Origin: Phoronis australis
Lineage: Eukaryota > Animalia > Phoronida
Direction: 5' to 3'
Length of the DNA stretch: 64,000 nucleotides
NCBI GenBank assembly: GCA_002633005.1
Contig: NMRA01000080.1
Span: 773,291 to 837,290, forward strand
Shown: one piece after another, positions 11,766 through 24,700 of the stretch
Numbering within the stretch: position 1 is the first letter of the stretch
Layout of the letters: each line of letters opens with the position of its first letter
Notes under the pieces: generated by a model
Databases searched by the model: none
What the model was told of the DNA's origin: nothing
What the model saw: the letters and a program-made list of their open reading frames with translations, nothing else
Made by a program: the position numbers and the translations under genes

Positions 11766-14700
11766 AAGCCGGATGCTTTAATCAATTACACTGAAATTTC
11801 AAAACCTTGTTATGGTTTTCTTGATCTTTTAGATTTTGTTTGATTTTTTGGCAACAAAATCCCTGTTTCGAGAAAACTTTTTCATGCAAAATTGAAACTA
11901 AAGGTTTTTACCATGTATACACGTAATCCCATATGCCTGGTTACGAATGCCTTTTCATTATTTGTTGCCAACAGGTGGTTCGCGGAAAGTGTTGCAGCAG
12001 ACACAGACGCACCCATTTTCTCAAGCACTGGCGCTAAAACAACTCAAATTACCCATAGTTCAGAAAGGAAACAAAAACATACTATTCAAACAAAAATACT
12101 GTACTTAGTTAAATTCACTTTACTTTAAAACTCCATCTTTTTAGGTAGTCTTCAGCAGTTTCAAGCTGATTAATCTTTTTACGTTAGTTTGAACTCGATT
12201 TCTACGTGTTTCATCACTGTTTATACAATTCAAGTGTGCGTAGGCCTACATATCTTTTTATTTACTTGAATAATTTTTACTTGTAGAGTTTAAGCTTAAA
12301 CCGCAAATCATGAAAATGTTAGTGGCAGGATTACCTGGTCCCATGAAACTTAGGCACATGGTACTGTATGCAAAGAATTGAGTAAAAGAATTTGTTACAG
12401 CTTTGATAAAGACGCGACTAAAATACGCGCCGTATCCCAATGAAATCTCAACAGGCTGGTATCGTTAAGCCTCGCCGGGAACAGGGCACATATTAAACCA
12501 TTAGAAAGTTTCATTGCAGTATGAAACAAGTCACATTTTGACAGATTTCTAGGGTTACTCAGATTTTTTAAAGTTCTCATACACGCTTTCAACCACGGTT
12601 TCAGCCACAGGTCCTCTATATCTGGTTTCATTGATTGCGAGCAACCGCAATGAGATGAACTATGATTTAGGCTTATCTCAGCAACCGCACCGTGTGTTAT
12701 TTTTGTCCACCAGACGGCTCTAACATAGCAAGCACTGTCAAACGGATGTTAGACAAGTAACTTTCTGTTGGGCAATGTGAGACACTCGCAGCCTGTATCT
12801 CTTATCAAGATTACCAACAAGTTTCGCCAGGCGTGAGTTTTTTTACTTTTGTAGCTGTTTAACTTAACCATAACCTGTGGTCTGCACTGGCTAATGCATT
12901 CCTTCACCGGCGCAACTTTCGGTTCTGTTTTTTTGTTCACTTGCTAGACTTCATTCGTCGGACGGGGCTGTCGCTTTGTCCGTGACTGACACTGGCAGTG
13001 TCACCGACTCAGTGGTTGTAGTTGGTTCGCCAACCCTGCCCTATAGCAGCAAAGCGCAGCTAATCCTCATGCGTAGCTTGACAACCGATATTTATCGCCG
13101 GAAGCTGGGTGAAAGTCTACGGAATACCAGAAAGTTCAGACTCATTCAGACTGAGAGTGATATGCTATCTGTCAGTCTCAGTGTCAGTAATCCTTTTATG
13201 ATCCTTATTGGATCCTTTACTCTTTCACTAAAGGTTAAATTCAGTCCTGCTACCAGAGTAATTTACTTCGCCACATGTTAAAAATCGTCTGTTCTCAGCC
13301 ACTTTTTCTTACCTTGAGGTCACAACTTTTTTGGTCTGGTGACAGGTATAATTTAGTCCAGGACAAAAACACTGGGACTGGGAGATACATGTAATTTTGA
13401 CAGTGTGTCGATCCAATTTGCTAATCACAGGCCTGTTTCTATAGATATTATTAACATTATACTTTGTTAAATTATCATTCAAAAATTAAATGTGTTTAGT
13501 AGCTTCATTACTGGACCATCACCTGTGTAGGCCTACTTGAGGCAAGTGATGTATTGTCTACGGTGGACGAAAAAGGCCTAGGCCTACCTCAAGTATGGTT
13601 GATATACCAACAAGATCCACACGTGCTTGAGGTGCTGAAAAATAACCGTTTACTACACAGTACATCTACCACCTGTTGTCATGGTTTTACTAAATTAAGA
13701 TTTGAGCTCTTACTGGCTTTTTTGAATTTCAAAGCAATGCTTCTTTTGGATATACTGTATATCACTGAAGCTGTTGTTCACCTGTAGTGAAGTATTATGT
13801 CAGGATGTATGTTTTAAAATTTTAATTGTTTAATAACATAGTTCTGCTTCGATTGACCTAGAATGTCCATTCATTACTGACAATAATTTTCTTCCGAGAT
13901 CATAGGCACTGGTGCATGCCATAGGCATGCAGGCGACGACCTTGTAATAGAACTACTGAACCGATTTTAAATTGAGTGATGAGGGCATATATCAAAACAG
14001 TTACCATGTGAATAGTAGATTGGATATAAGTACTCTGGCAAGACTGCAAATATCCCTGTTTCTTTTGTGTCCTAAATGTGGAAATAAGTTAAAGGTCACC
14101 TGACCAAAACGAAAACATGGTTGTCAATGGATGAATTTTAACATGTGGCCAGGTAAGTTGTATTGGTAATAGGATGGAATTTAACTTATTTACAAGAGTA
14201 ACAAAAAGGATAACGTTTATTGACAGGTAAGTCTGAACCTGTTGAGCTTTCAGGTTTTCAGTGTATTTTCACTCCCAATTGGCAAGTTACGCAATGTATG
14301 AGGACCACCAAAGGGCAGGATTAGTGGACCAAATAACAAGTAAAAAGACTACTGACTCGATTTTTTGATTTGACAACAGTGTTTTCAGTGTTAGATTTGG
14401 TGACCTTAAGATTGTGTTTGGTGACCTGGAAAAATTCCAAGTCGCCACAGCGAGTATCAAAGTTAGAAAAATAATTCCCGTTGAAATTTGGTTCAAAGTT
14501 TGTGTGTCTGTGTGAATACCTTTGGTTTACAACTGTTCCGATTATTTCATGAAATCAGTGCATCGGCAGTCGGAATTGTTCTCCAAAAATCGGGCTACAT
14601 CGGACCATGAAATACGCGCCTTCATTGTATTTGATCGTCTGCATTTTTTTCTTAGTCGAAAATATCGATGTCTGATTTGGCGACCTCTGACTGTGTTTGG

Positions 14701-15508
14701 CACTTTGGGATTTTCATCAAGTCGCCAAATGCGTGGTGACATCAAGCTTTTGGGTGGTGTATGTGGTTGGTAAGCGATGTCTTTAATCCAGGCATGCACT
14801 TAACCACAAAGCTACTCTCTAGCTGGCAATCTAAGTCCCACTTACACCATCTCAGGAAGACATCGCTATGTTTGATGACTGATGTTACTAACCTCCCAGA
14901 CAAAACTCACAACTGTTGCTAAAACTAAAGCGGAGTCGTTAGGTGATCGACTGAAGTGTCTTAGTGATAGTCTCAAGTGGGCAGCCACTGCCAGCTTTTA
15001 ATTATTTAATGATTTGGAATTGTTTAAAATGATGATGCCATGGTGGTGGTTGCTGATCCCTTATTTTGATAAGCATGTATTGCATAACCAGTTATCACTG
15101 ATTATTGGTTCAAGCAGCTGGTCAAAACAAGGTGGCATGTACCGCAGACTGGGTAATTGTAATTCCATTTGAGTAGATTAATTGCTGTGATGTTTCCAGA
15201 ATTTCTGAATTTTCCTGTGACTTAAGAATATGATCCCATTTGAGAAAATGTGGGGACCCCGTAATTAGAGGTGTTGTTTGGGAAGACCAGTCATTAAAGG
15301 ACACTAAACCCTGTTTTGATAATTTCAATCAATCTTCGTTCCGTCTCCTGCGAATGCATCATTGGCTTCGAGCTTGGAAGTTAAAAATATTAAGTAAAAA
15401 CACATCCTCCCTATCTTAAAAATTTAGATATCATGGTCCTTGGTCGGTGGCCTTTTCCAACATTTACCCCGTAATTAATAAAAACAACCACAGTTTTTTA
15501 AAAGTGGA

Positions 15509-15563
15509 CCTGACTTGACATGTTTCGGTGTCATTTATTCAAACACCATCATCAGAAGAAAGA
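15509..15563 (-). ncRNA. Minimal type I hammerhead ribozyme motif
   Basis: Minus strand: ctt-CTGATGA-t-GGTGTT-tgaataaat-GACACC-GAAA-catg-TC-aag; intact core, stem II, palindromic stem III (ACATGT), GUC site, short stem I. Confidence 0.65.
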
Positions 15564-16984
15564 ATACAGTGGCCACCTAGCTAGGCCCAGCAACAAGTAA
15601 TGAAGCACACCCTGTAATTCACTAAAAACATAGCAGACTTTGTATGGAGATTTTAAAATTTATTCCAATCTTTTGAGGGTTGTCAAGGGTTACACAGCAT
15701 TATTTTGTTTCAGAGAACTGAATAGGAATGTCATTTTTACTGCTATAGCCCAAAACATTTGTTATCCTTTTAGATAATAGAAAACTTTGTTTTTATGTTT
15801 CTTTCTCCATATGTTAGACACAATTGACAATAGTCGTGTATCAAATTTGATGACAATATTATTTTTAAGTGTCTATGGAACCCACTGCTGCAAAAGTTAC
15901 TTAAGCGTAAAATTTTAGGTTTAGTGCATCAATGCCACAAAGGTGCAATCTCAATATAATACATTGATTTGTTAAATGATATACAGGGCAAACTCAGTCC
16001 CTGGCATTAAAAATGAAATACCTTTTAAAAACATGAATTGGCGAAAAAATCATTAACATTTTCATTTTGATTTTTGGCATTGGATTAAGGGAGCTTTAAT
16101 GTTTGTTTAAGTCCTTCAGTTTTTGTCCTTGTTCCAAAATGCTGAAGCAAACACCTGGACTTTCCGAACAACTTGTTCCAGTTTGTACATGTATGCCCAG
16201 ACGTTGTGTGAGTGGTTATTATCGTAGTCTACACGATACCTGTGTAAATTAAACTCTTCAGTTTTGCTATTGCCACTGGCCAGAGTATTAAAGAAACGCA
16301 TCAGTGGTTCTTTACTTTCTATCCTTTTATGTTGTTCGCAAACGAGTACAAACTTTGCCTTTAGCATCTAGCTTTTTTGCGCTGTTCGCATAACATTCTG
16401 TCACTCAATAATACCTCACCCACAGTATCCTATAATGACTGGCTAGTGAAAACAGAGTTCATAGACTTGGTACTTATAAAACAGATAACAAAACTCCTGA
16501 CCCCTTTGCTGTATCAAACGGTTTCAGTCAGCCTTTCAAATTTACTGCTAGGTTGTTCAATACATGTAGGTTGATAACTATGAGTTGCCCATTTTTAAAA
16601 GGTGATTAAATCGATTTTCAAGTTTTATGATAGGTCCAGGTTACAGTGTTCATAAATTAGTCAGTAGTATGCTGTATAGTTGGCATGTAACATACTTTCT
16701 CGTTTTTAAAGCGACTATATGCCAACATTCCATTACAAAACACAACTTTTAATTATGACCACCTATGAAATTGGTCTAAAATTGTTCCTTAGTCAAATAA
16801 GAGGTACTTTAATGGCTGACAGTTCTCGATAGTTTGTTTTTGCTTGAGGTCAGGCTCTATAAGGTGGCTTTGCAACGGTGTCTCATTTTATGTTCCTAGC
16901 ATGATCTCGAGGAATAACAGTCAGTTCTTTGCAAACTTATAAATCGCTTCTAATCCCTGTTAGGTGCAAGTTGAGATCAATTTT

Positions 16985-17207
16985 AATTTTATAGCGGCAA
17001 GTGGTCTAAATCTAAAGTTTGCTTCTTTGTGTCACCAGATGGCAGTACACATTGAGTTGTACTGCCATCTGGTGAATTTTATAGCAGTATGTGGTCTAAA
17101 TCAAATGTTTTCTTCTTTGTGTCACCAGATGGCAGTACACATTGAGTTGTACTGCCATCTGGTGAATTTTATAGCAGAATGTGGTCTAAATCAAAAGTTT
17201 GCTTCTT
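16985..17207. repeat. 90-bp tandem repeat x2.5; each full unit has a perfect 18-bp hairpin
   Basis: tcaccagatggcagtaca-cattgagt-tgtactgccatctggtga at 17032-17075 and 17122-17165. Confidence 0.92.
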
Positions 17208-18320
17208 GGACGAAACACCGGTTTTTATCCACTTGAGTTTAGGACATAACAAAAATCAAAAGATTTTTCTATGTTATGTATACACCAAACTGTCTGTGTT
17301 GTTGATTTTCTGAACATATAGTGTACAGACCTTCATGTATTTTTATTTACTGTAAAAATTCAACTGTTTGGGACAGTGAAAAAAGATTTTACCAAGTTTG
17401 AGAAATAGCCAATATTAGTCGTCCCAAATTGAAGAATTACAGCGGATGTTACACACTACAGGGATTCATGAAAACTTTGGGACAACAGCTACTTTTAATG
17501 ATTTTGCGAATTGCCAACTATACTTTCAGACTCTTGTTGATACAAAAGGCAGTCTTGATGTTTATAACTGATGAAAGCCAAAATCCCCCGTGTTCCAATC
17601 TTCGGAATCGAGAACTTCAATTTGTTCTAGTTCTTGAAAAAATCTCTTGATGTTTTTGGATCCAGCTGCTGTGAGTTGTATTGTTTTTGTTTTCTTGTGC
17701 TTGTTATGTGATTCTTAGAATACAAGTTCTTTAATTACAAATCCTAAATAACAAGACATATAAAATCTAAGTTCTAAGTGTGTGAGTAAACACAGGATGT
17801 TGTGCAAGTGATATGGCTGGTATGCTTGGAATGCTATAAACTTTTCCACCATGAATAAAAACCAAGCAAGTCTAAGGAGTTTGTGGGGAAAAACAGCAGA
17901 TTACTGTTTAACCTACTTGTACTTCTTTAGAAAAGCATTTGTTTGGACTTCTGAAATAGTTGAACTCAAACTTTCACCAATTCATATTGCGTCACTCAGC
18001 ACGAGACAAGGGAGACAACTATGTCACATAGTGCTAGACAGAGGAGACAACTATGCCAATTCACAGCAAAGCAAAAGACACTCGTGACAAGAATTGTTGC
18101 CGAAAAAATGTAATTCCTAAGATTTCACCAATTTTTTTAAAACAGGCACATCCGAAGTGGCATGTGGTAACAGTTTGGATACTCTGTTTGGCTGAAAAAA
18201 GGTAGACGTTAACGATATTGAGACGATACTGTATCTAGAGAACGGATTGCGATTTTTGGCTAAAAAAGCACCATTGGTTCTACAGTCTGGAGAATAGGTT
18301 GGTCATTGGTCTCTAGAGGC

Positions 18321-18582
18321 ATTGCAGTATAAGATGATCACTTACTTAGAGACGTGGTAGATTGGTTGCAGACGTTTCGACGTGGTCCGCCAGGTCTTTA
18401 TCAATGAAAGAGGGATTTCCCACCTTTTGCTGGTTGAATGTTTGAGTACACAGGAGGTAACATTCTTAACCAGAGAAATGCGGGAAATCCCTCATTCATT
18501 GATAAAGACCTGGCGGACCAGGTCGTAACATCTCCAACCAACCTACCACTTCTCTAAGTAAGTAATCATTTTATACTGCAAT
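18321..18582. mobile_element. 262-bp full-length fold-back with a hammerhead-like motif in each arm
   Basis: About 120-bp arms are reverse complements; each has TTGATAAA-GACCTGG-CGGA-CCA(G/C)GTC-G(A/T)AAC. Confidence 0.8.
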
Positions 18583-21226
18583 TGGTTCTACTGTCTTTTT
18601 TGAAAATCGAGTTGGTGGTGGGGTATTTTTTGGTAGCTCACTCTTTCAAAAAAAAGAAAATCCTGAGACAAGCTGAAGTGATGCTGGGTTGTTTTTCTCA
18701 CCGCTCGGCAAATCATGGAATTTCAAAGCTTGTTTACTCTTGTTTATGCGCCTTTTGTGTGAAACACAAGACCTTGGCAGAAATTGGTGTTGGCAGACGG
18801 ACGTTTTTTAATTGGGGAGCGCAGGTGACAGACAAACCTGAACCAAGTATGGTTCGTTGGCCTTAGGGGTACTGTGTGAGACTTAAAAGGAATGCTTTAA
18901 ACATAAGTAATAACCCTCTTTCCAAGCTGTGTGAAAACTGTGGGTCTCCATTGTGACACACTGGATATGCCAGCGCATTTCTAGTTGGATTTACAATAGT
19001 TTAGCACTTTGGATGCCATACACGTTTGTAAAGCACAGCATTAACAACATCAGAGTGTTGAATTGAAAGTCCGTAATTTAATAAAATTCTAACTCTATTT
19101 TAGTCTACTCCAACATAAGTTTGCCTTGTCAACCATTAATTGTTTTATTGGCAGCTTTTGATGATTAATTCATGGGTAGTTGCTGCTGTCTGTAGTCTAA
19201 TTAATATTTTACGTGAAAGTGAATTGTTTTCACCCTTGGGTGTTAGTGCGAGTTACAACACAATTGAATTTTCGTTCCATTTGATTTCCCCGAGTTGTCA
19301 ACCGTCCTGTTTTTCAAACAACCCGTTAGTTTTGTGTATAGAGAGGAGCCCGCTGAATGTCATACCCTACGATTTCCACGTAAATTATGATAATGAGCGG
19401 GATATTCCATTGAGCAGGTTTCGACCTGGCAGTGATCAAAACAACTCTTACAATGTGATCATGCCTAGTGGAGAGTCTGGGAGTTAGACAGCTTAATAGA
19501 GGACAAGTCAGACAACTGGTCTTCCCCTTCCCTCCCCCCTCTGATAAGGCAAATAGATATAGATTGAAGATGAATTGAGTTAAACATTAGATAGAAAAAC
19601 GAAGGCTTGTTGTAATAAGCGGGTGAAGGCTTGTGGTAATAAGCGGGTGAGAATATTAACTTTGCTGATTTGTAATTAAAATATCAGGAAATATGACTAT
19701 AAATCATGACATTATGTGGGTTATTTTACATAGGTGTATTGGGATTATTACTGATTTTGACATTTCATGAGAATAACTTCTATTAACCACCTTGACATTA
19801 ATGAGCTCTGCTAAATTTCGAAACACCTCACACTGGGTTCTTGCTAGTGAGATAAAATTAGAACAGTACTAATTTAATAGTTACTTTTGGTGTCCATCTC
19901 TCTGTTGTGAATATTACAATGATATAAAAATAACTAAATAAATATCTGTGAAGCCCAATCATCATGTCAAATTACAAGTATCTTGATTGGCTTCGTTTAT
20001 TCGATAGATCCTCAGCATTGTAGCCCTGGTGCTAATTTTAGTTTTCTTTAGGGGAATCGATATATACCACCACTGCATTTGCCAATTTTTGGATGACTTG
20101 CATTGCATCCAGTTTCCAGAACTCAATTTTAATGTACCAGGAAAAATGTTGTTTCTGTAGTGGGTGGAAATGTTTGAAAATTGAATCATTTTCCATGTTC
20201 TGCGGTTGATTTTGTTTGTTCGGTGCTTCATAAATTAGAAGTCAAATCTCCAATAGACACTGGTCTGTAAAAGACTGTGGGGATGGGTTTGGTGAAATTG
20301 ATAGATACCGAATCTTATACCTGGGAGTTGACCACTTTGCAAAGCTGATAGTTACTCCGTATCTTTGATAAACCCCCGAGGTGTCAAATAAACTCCATTC
20401 TCAAATGGAGGATGAGTCTGGAGGATGTCTGATGTTAATAAAGGCTCAAGCTGCTTTTATTAGAAGCTTTACTGTACCACCTAAAGCGGATAATTTTGAT
20501 TAAGTTATCAGTAACTTCAAAGTGTTATAAATTAACATAGCAAATGAAAATATAACCGCAGCACGCCTCTGGGTGCAAATTGTAATTATGTAACATAAGG
20601 AGCAGGAAGTGACTTGCTCGATGTAAAAAATTCAAAATAGTTTTCTTTAACAAAATATAGGTCTTTTATGATGGCATTGTGTGTTAGTTCAAGTCTAATG
20701 CTGGCTAATTCTTTGCTGCTGTTGTCAATCGGTGGAGATTGATACTTGCCGTTTTTTTTTCTGCAAGTCTGCATTTGCATGAATTGATTTATAACAAGAG
20801 TTGAAGAATGAGAATTTAATATGCTGTTTCAGACTCTGGGGCCACTTCAGGTTGTCAAGTGGAACTATTTCCTGAACATAAATGAGCAACCTGTGAAGTG
20901 TTTCAGTTACTATTCTTGTAGCATGATGACTGGACAATGGTGGAAATGAGTAGCTGCCGTGGGTACTGTTGCCGTGGTTACTGTATATGTTACCAAATCG
21001 GCACACGGTAGACAGAAAAGGAAAATTTTGTACTGTAGCTATGGTGTAGTACAGCTTTATGAAATGATCAAAATTTGAAATAATTCCAAGTCTGCCGTAT
21101 TGTACGCAAAGTTGTTGAGATTCTGTCACATATTGCATCTGACAACATGTGGTAAAGTTTTGCTTATTTTTTGCAATGTGTCCAGTCTTTGAAAATTGGA
21201 AAAATTAATTGAAAATAAGCATTTTT

Positions 21227-21703
21227 GTGTGGAATAACAGTAGCAGGACTGTACTGTGTAATAACTGTAACATTAGTGTACTGTGTAATAACTATACCAG
21301 TACTGTACTGTTTAATAAGTAGCAGTACTGTACTGTGTAATAACTGTAACAGTACTGTACTGTGTAATAACTGTAACAGTACTGTACTGTGTAATAACTG
21401 TACCAGTACTGTACTGTTTAATAAGTAGCAGTACTGTACTGTGTAATAACTGTAACATTAGTGTACTGTGTAATAACTATACCAGTTCTGTACTGTTTAA
21501 TAAGTAGCAGTACTGTACTGTGTAATAACTGTAACAGTACTGTACTGTGTAATAACTGTAACAGTACTTTACTGTGTAATAACTGTAGTAGTCGTGTACT
21601 GTATAATAACTGTAGCAGTACTGTACTGTGCAATAACTTTAGCAATATTGTACCGTGTAATAACTGTAGCAGTACTGTACTGTGTAATAACTAGCACAGT
21701 ACT
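21227..21703. repeat. 27-bp minisatellite (tgtaataactgtagcagtactgtactg), about 17 units
   Basis: Read directly; explains the repetitive STVLCNN / LLQLLHS ORFs. Confidence 0.95.
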
Positions 21704-24700
21704 GTCATCATTCTTTTTTGCTTCATTTACTGCGTTAGGGTATGTAATAATAAAAAGGACATCATATTACAAAGATCTTGAGGACTGTTATTAACTCTTT
21801 ATTTTCCAATTCCTGATTTATTTTTGATTTATTGAACACAATTCCGTTGTATTAAGCATGGAAATTGGAAAAATTGGAAACAATTGTTATGAGATATAAA
21901 CAAAAAGTTTTAGGTTATAGAAATTCAATATTACTGGACCAGGCTCTTTAAGTCTGGGTTGCCCAGCAGACGTGCCACACATCAAACCAGACACAAACTT
22001 TCCAAAATAGTAAGTACAAAGACAATGTTTGGCAGAATGCTCAGGCCAATAAACTGTTAGTCTGAGGGGAATGTAAACAAAAGCTACCATTTTCATGCAC
22101 TGTTTGGTGTAAACAAATGTTAAAATGGAAAGAATGTTGTTGAGATGGGATGAAATTAGCAATTTGGATCAAAAATGTTTATAAATAAGAGTGGGAAGTG
22201 GTCAGCTGTTTGTAATTACGTTGCAACATGCTGGCCCTAGGAAGCTGTCCAGTTTTGTCATAATGTTTTGAAATATTTGTAACTTGTGTGTTGCTGTTTC
22301 CATAGCCAGAAGATTGTTTTCACAGTCTTGGACTTGATAAGACACCCTCTGGATTTAATGTTGTGGACATATTTGGATTATGAATCCTAATTTCAGCCAG
22401 TAGGTCAAAGATAAGAGACCCCCTGCTTTCCAAAGGTTAAGTCAGGTCCTTGGATTGAGATTGTCATGATTTAGTTAACTGACTTCTGTGGTCGGAGTCG
22501 GACGAAAACTCTTGGTGAGTCGGAATATGGACCTGTTGTTGTTATTTTGCTATTTAATGGCTGGTGGTAATGACAGTCTGATCTTGATATTGCATTGAAA
22601 TGACATGAAAAACATATTCATCACTCCCTATGTCTAGGAATCTCTCTCTCGCTTAGGCCTCTATCTAGGAACCCCCTTGGTCCATGGATCTTCCCCTGTC
22701 TTCGAACCTCCCAGTCAAGAATCTTTTCTCTCTCTGCGGACCTCACTCTGTGTGGCACCAGCTTTTGTCTGGAGATCTCCTCTCGTCTACATACCGCCCC
22801 TTCCTGTCTGGCCACCGCCCTCTATCTTGGAATCTCCATCTTTTTGGGGCCCTTCTTTCGATCAGGAGGCTTCCTCAGGCAAGGGAACTCTAAATGACAT
22901 GCTCGCTTCCACCTAGTCTGGCATTTTTTAGTATTTATCTGCGAGATTAATGAGTTGAGTTTTAGTTTATTTTTGCTATCAGTTGATAAGGAAACTGAAA
23001 CCTTATGGCAAACAGGAGCCACTGCTTCTATTAAGTTTGTCCTTTGGTGATTAGATTCCCCGCAGCTTGCAATTAAAAGGGATTTTTTTCATAAGAGTAT
23101 TTTGCAGGAAGGTGGAGATTATTTTATCCAGGAGTGTGTCAGTGAAATCGATATTTAAACACAAGTTTGTTCTTGTGGGGAAAAACCATTAGGACTGCAG
23201 CTGACTTTAAAGGGGGAAATGTTTATTTGACACGTTCAGTTGTTGGTGAAGCCTTGTTATTTACCCATTGTGTTGTAATTTTATCTCCATTTGATTTTAA
23301 TCGGCATTATTTTTGGAATTTCCGTCATCTGTTCAATTGACACGAATGAAAATCATATTCGGTGGACAGTTTTAATAGAAACCATGACGTAGTGTTTCGT
23401 CCTTCGAAATTGGTACCCTGGCTCTATCAGTTAAGTCCATGCTCACTTGGAGACACTGTTGACGCTCTGCTAGGATCCATTCCTTAAAGGCCAGCACAGA
23501 AAGAAGAGCACCTCAAATGCAAGTGAGCTTATGTCTGTGGTAAAACGAACTGTAAGGATTTTGCCTCGCGAGGTGGTGAGGCAACTGTCTCACTTGTTGG
23601 ATTTCTGTCATGCTGTGATTGTAAATCTGCATAGCATGGGAATTAGGTGAGCTAAGTGACTAAGTGCTTAGCCGATTAGAGTTGGTAGCCAATGAAAATT
23701 ATTGTAACAAATGACAGCAACAATTAAATATCTCTCTACCAGTTTTCACCATGTGTGCTACATTTGTGTTGTTGACTATGAACACCGTTTACATTTCAGT
23801 AAGCATTTTTAACTTTGAGCCCTTTTATTTGTGCTGGTGATGTGAGGTAAATTTCACGTGAGACTTTATATAGCTCAGCTGGTAGCTTTTCATCTGTGTC
23901 TGGGCTGGCCCTTAATCACTTGGTCATTAATTGTAGTTTAAGCACCAATTGGCCACATGTCCCAGGTTTTCAGGTCAATTTGTATTGGAAATCAGGTGGT
24001 AGTCCATTCATTAACTGACATTTCCTGCTGCCCTGTTGACCCCATCAGTGGGATATAAACACTATTGTTTCGGATGTGAGTCAACTGTTTCATAAAGCGG
24101 GTTCTAGAATCCTGTACACATCAACACTGGAAGAGTGGTAGGAATAGGAAGGTTGTGGGACTGATGCTGATCATAGTGTAAACGCATTGTGGCAAAACTA
24201 GAGAAAGAGAAAATAGATTCTTTTTAGGACCAGGTAGGAATGATGTGGCTTGAAACGTCAAGCCTTGTGCAGTATACACTTTAGTAATTGATCTTTAGTT
24301 TTTCATAATTTTTTCTTCATATTATCGTTATAATTTGAGTATGATGGTACGTAATTGCAATGTTTAGTAACAGTGGCAGCGTCGGTTGGAGCATATAGTT
24401 GAAATTCTTGAAAGATGAACGTCTTGCTGAAACTTGCTGAATGCAATTTTGGCAATTATATTTACCATGCTGACAGTGATTGACTGAGGCTCTCAAAATG
24501 TGGGACCTCCAAAAGGGACTATTGCTGCGTGCAGTTTTAAAAAGTGACACTAAGTTGACTGGTCAAAGTGTTGTCACTTGGTTGACGACTTGGGCAGCAG
24601 ACAGAATTCACCTTGAGTGACATCGGCTTCTATTGTTATAGTTTGAATTTTTGATCATCATGGTGATAGATTAGTGTGAATGGGGACAGGTGAAATCTTG

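Noticed and set aside
12400-12440. TTGATAAA-GACGCG..CGCGCC-GTATC hammerhead-like remnant
   Set aside because: GAAA core is lost and there are no stems I or III.
16964-17236. Repeat-spacer pattern resembling a CRISPR array, and a repeated ORF
   Set aside because: The spacers are near-identical, the context is eukaryotic and no cas genes are present; it is a tandem duplication.
21225-21794. Cys/Asn- and Leu/Gln-repeat ORFs
   Set aside because: They are translations of the 27-bp minisatellite.
24240-24268. GAAACGTC inside a ggcttg..caagcc hairpin
   Set aside because: No upstream CUGANGA; it is only a short hairpin.
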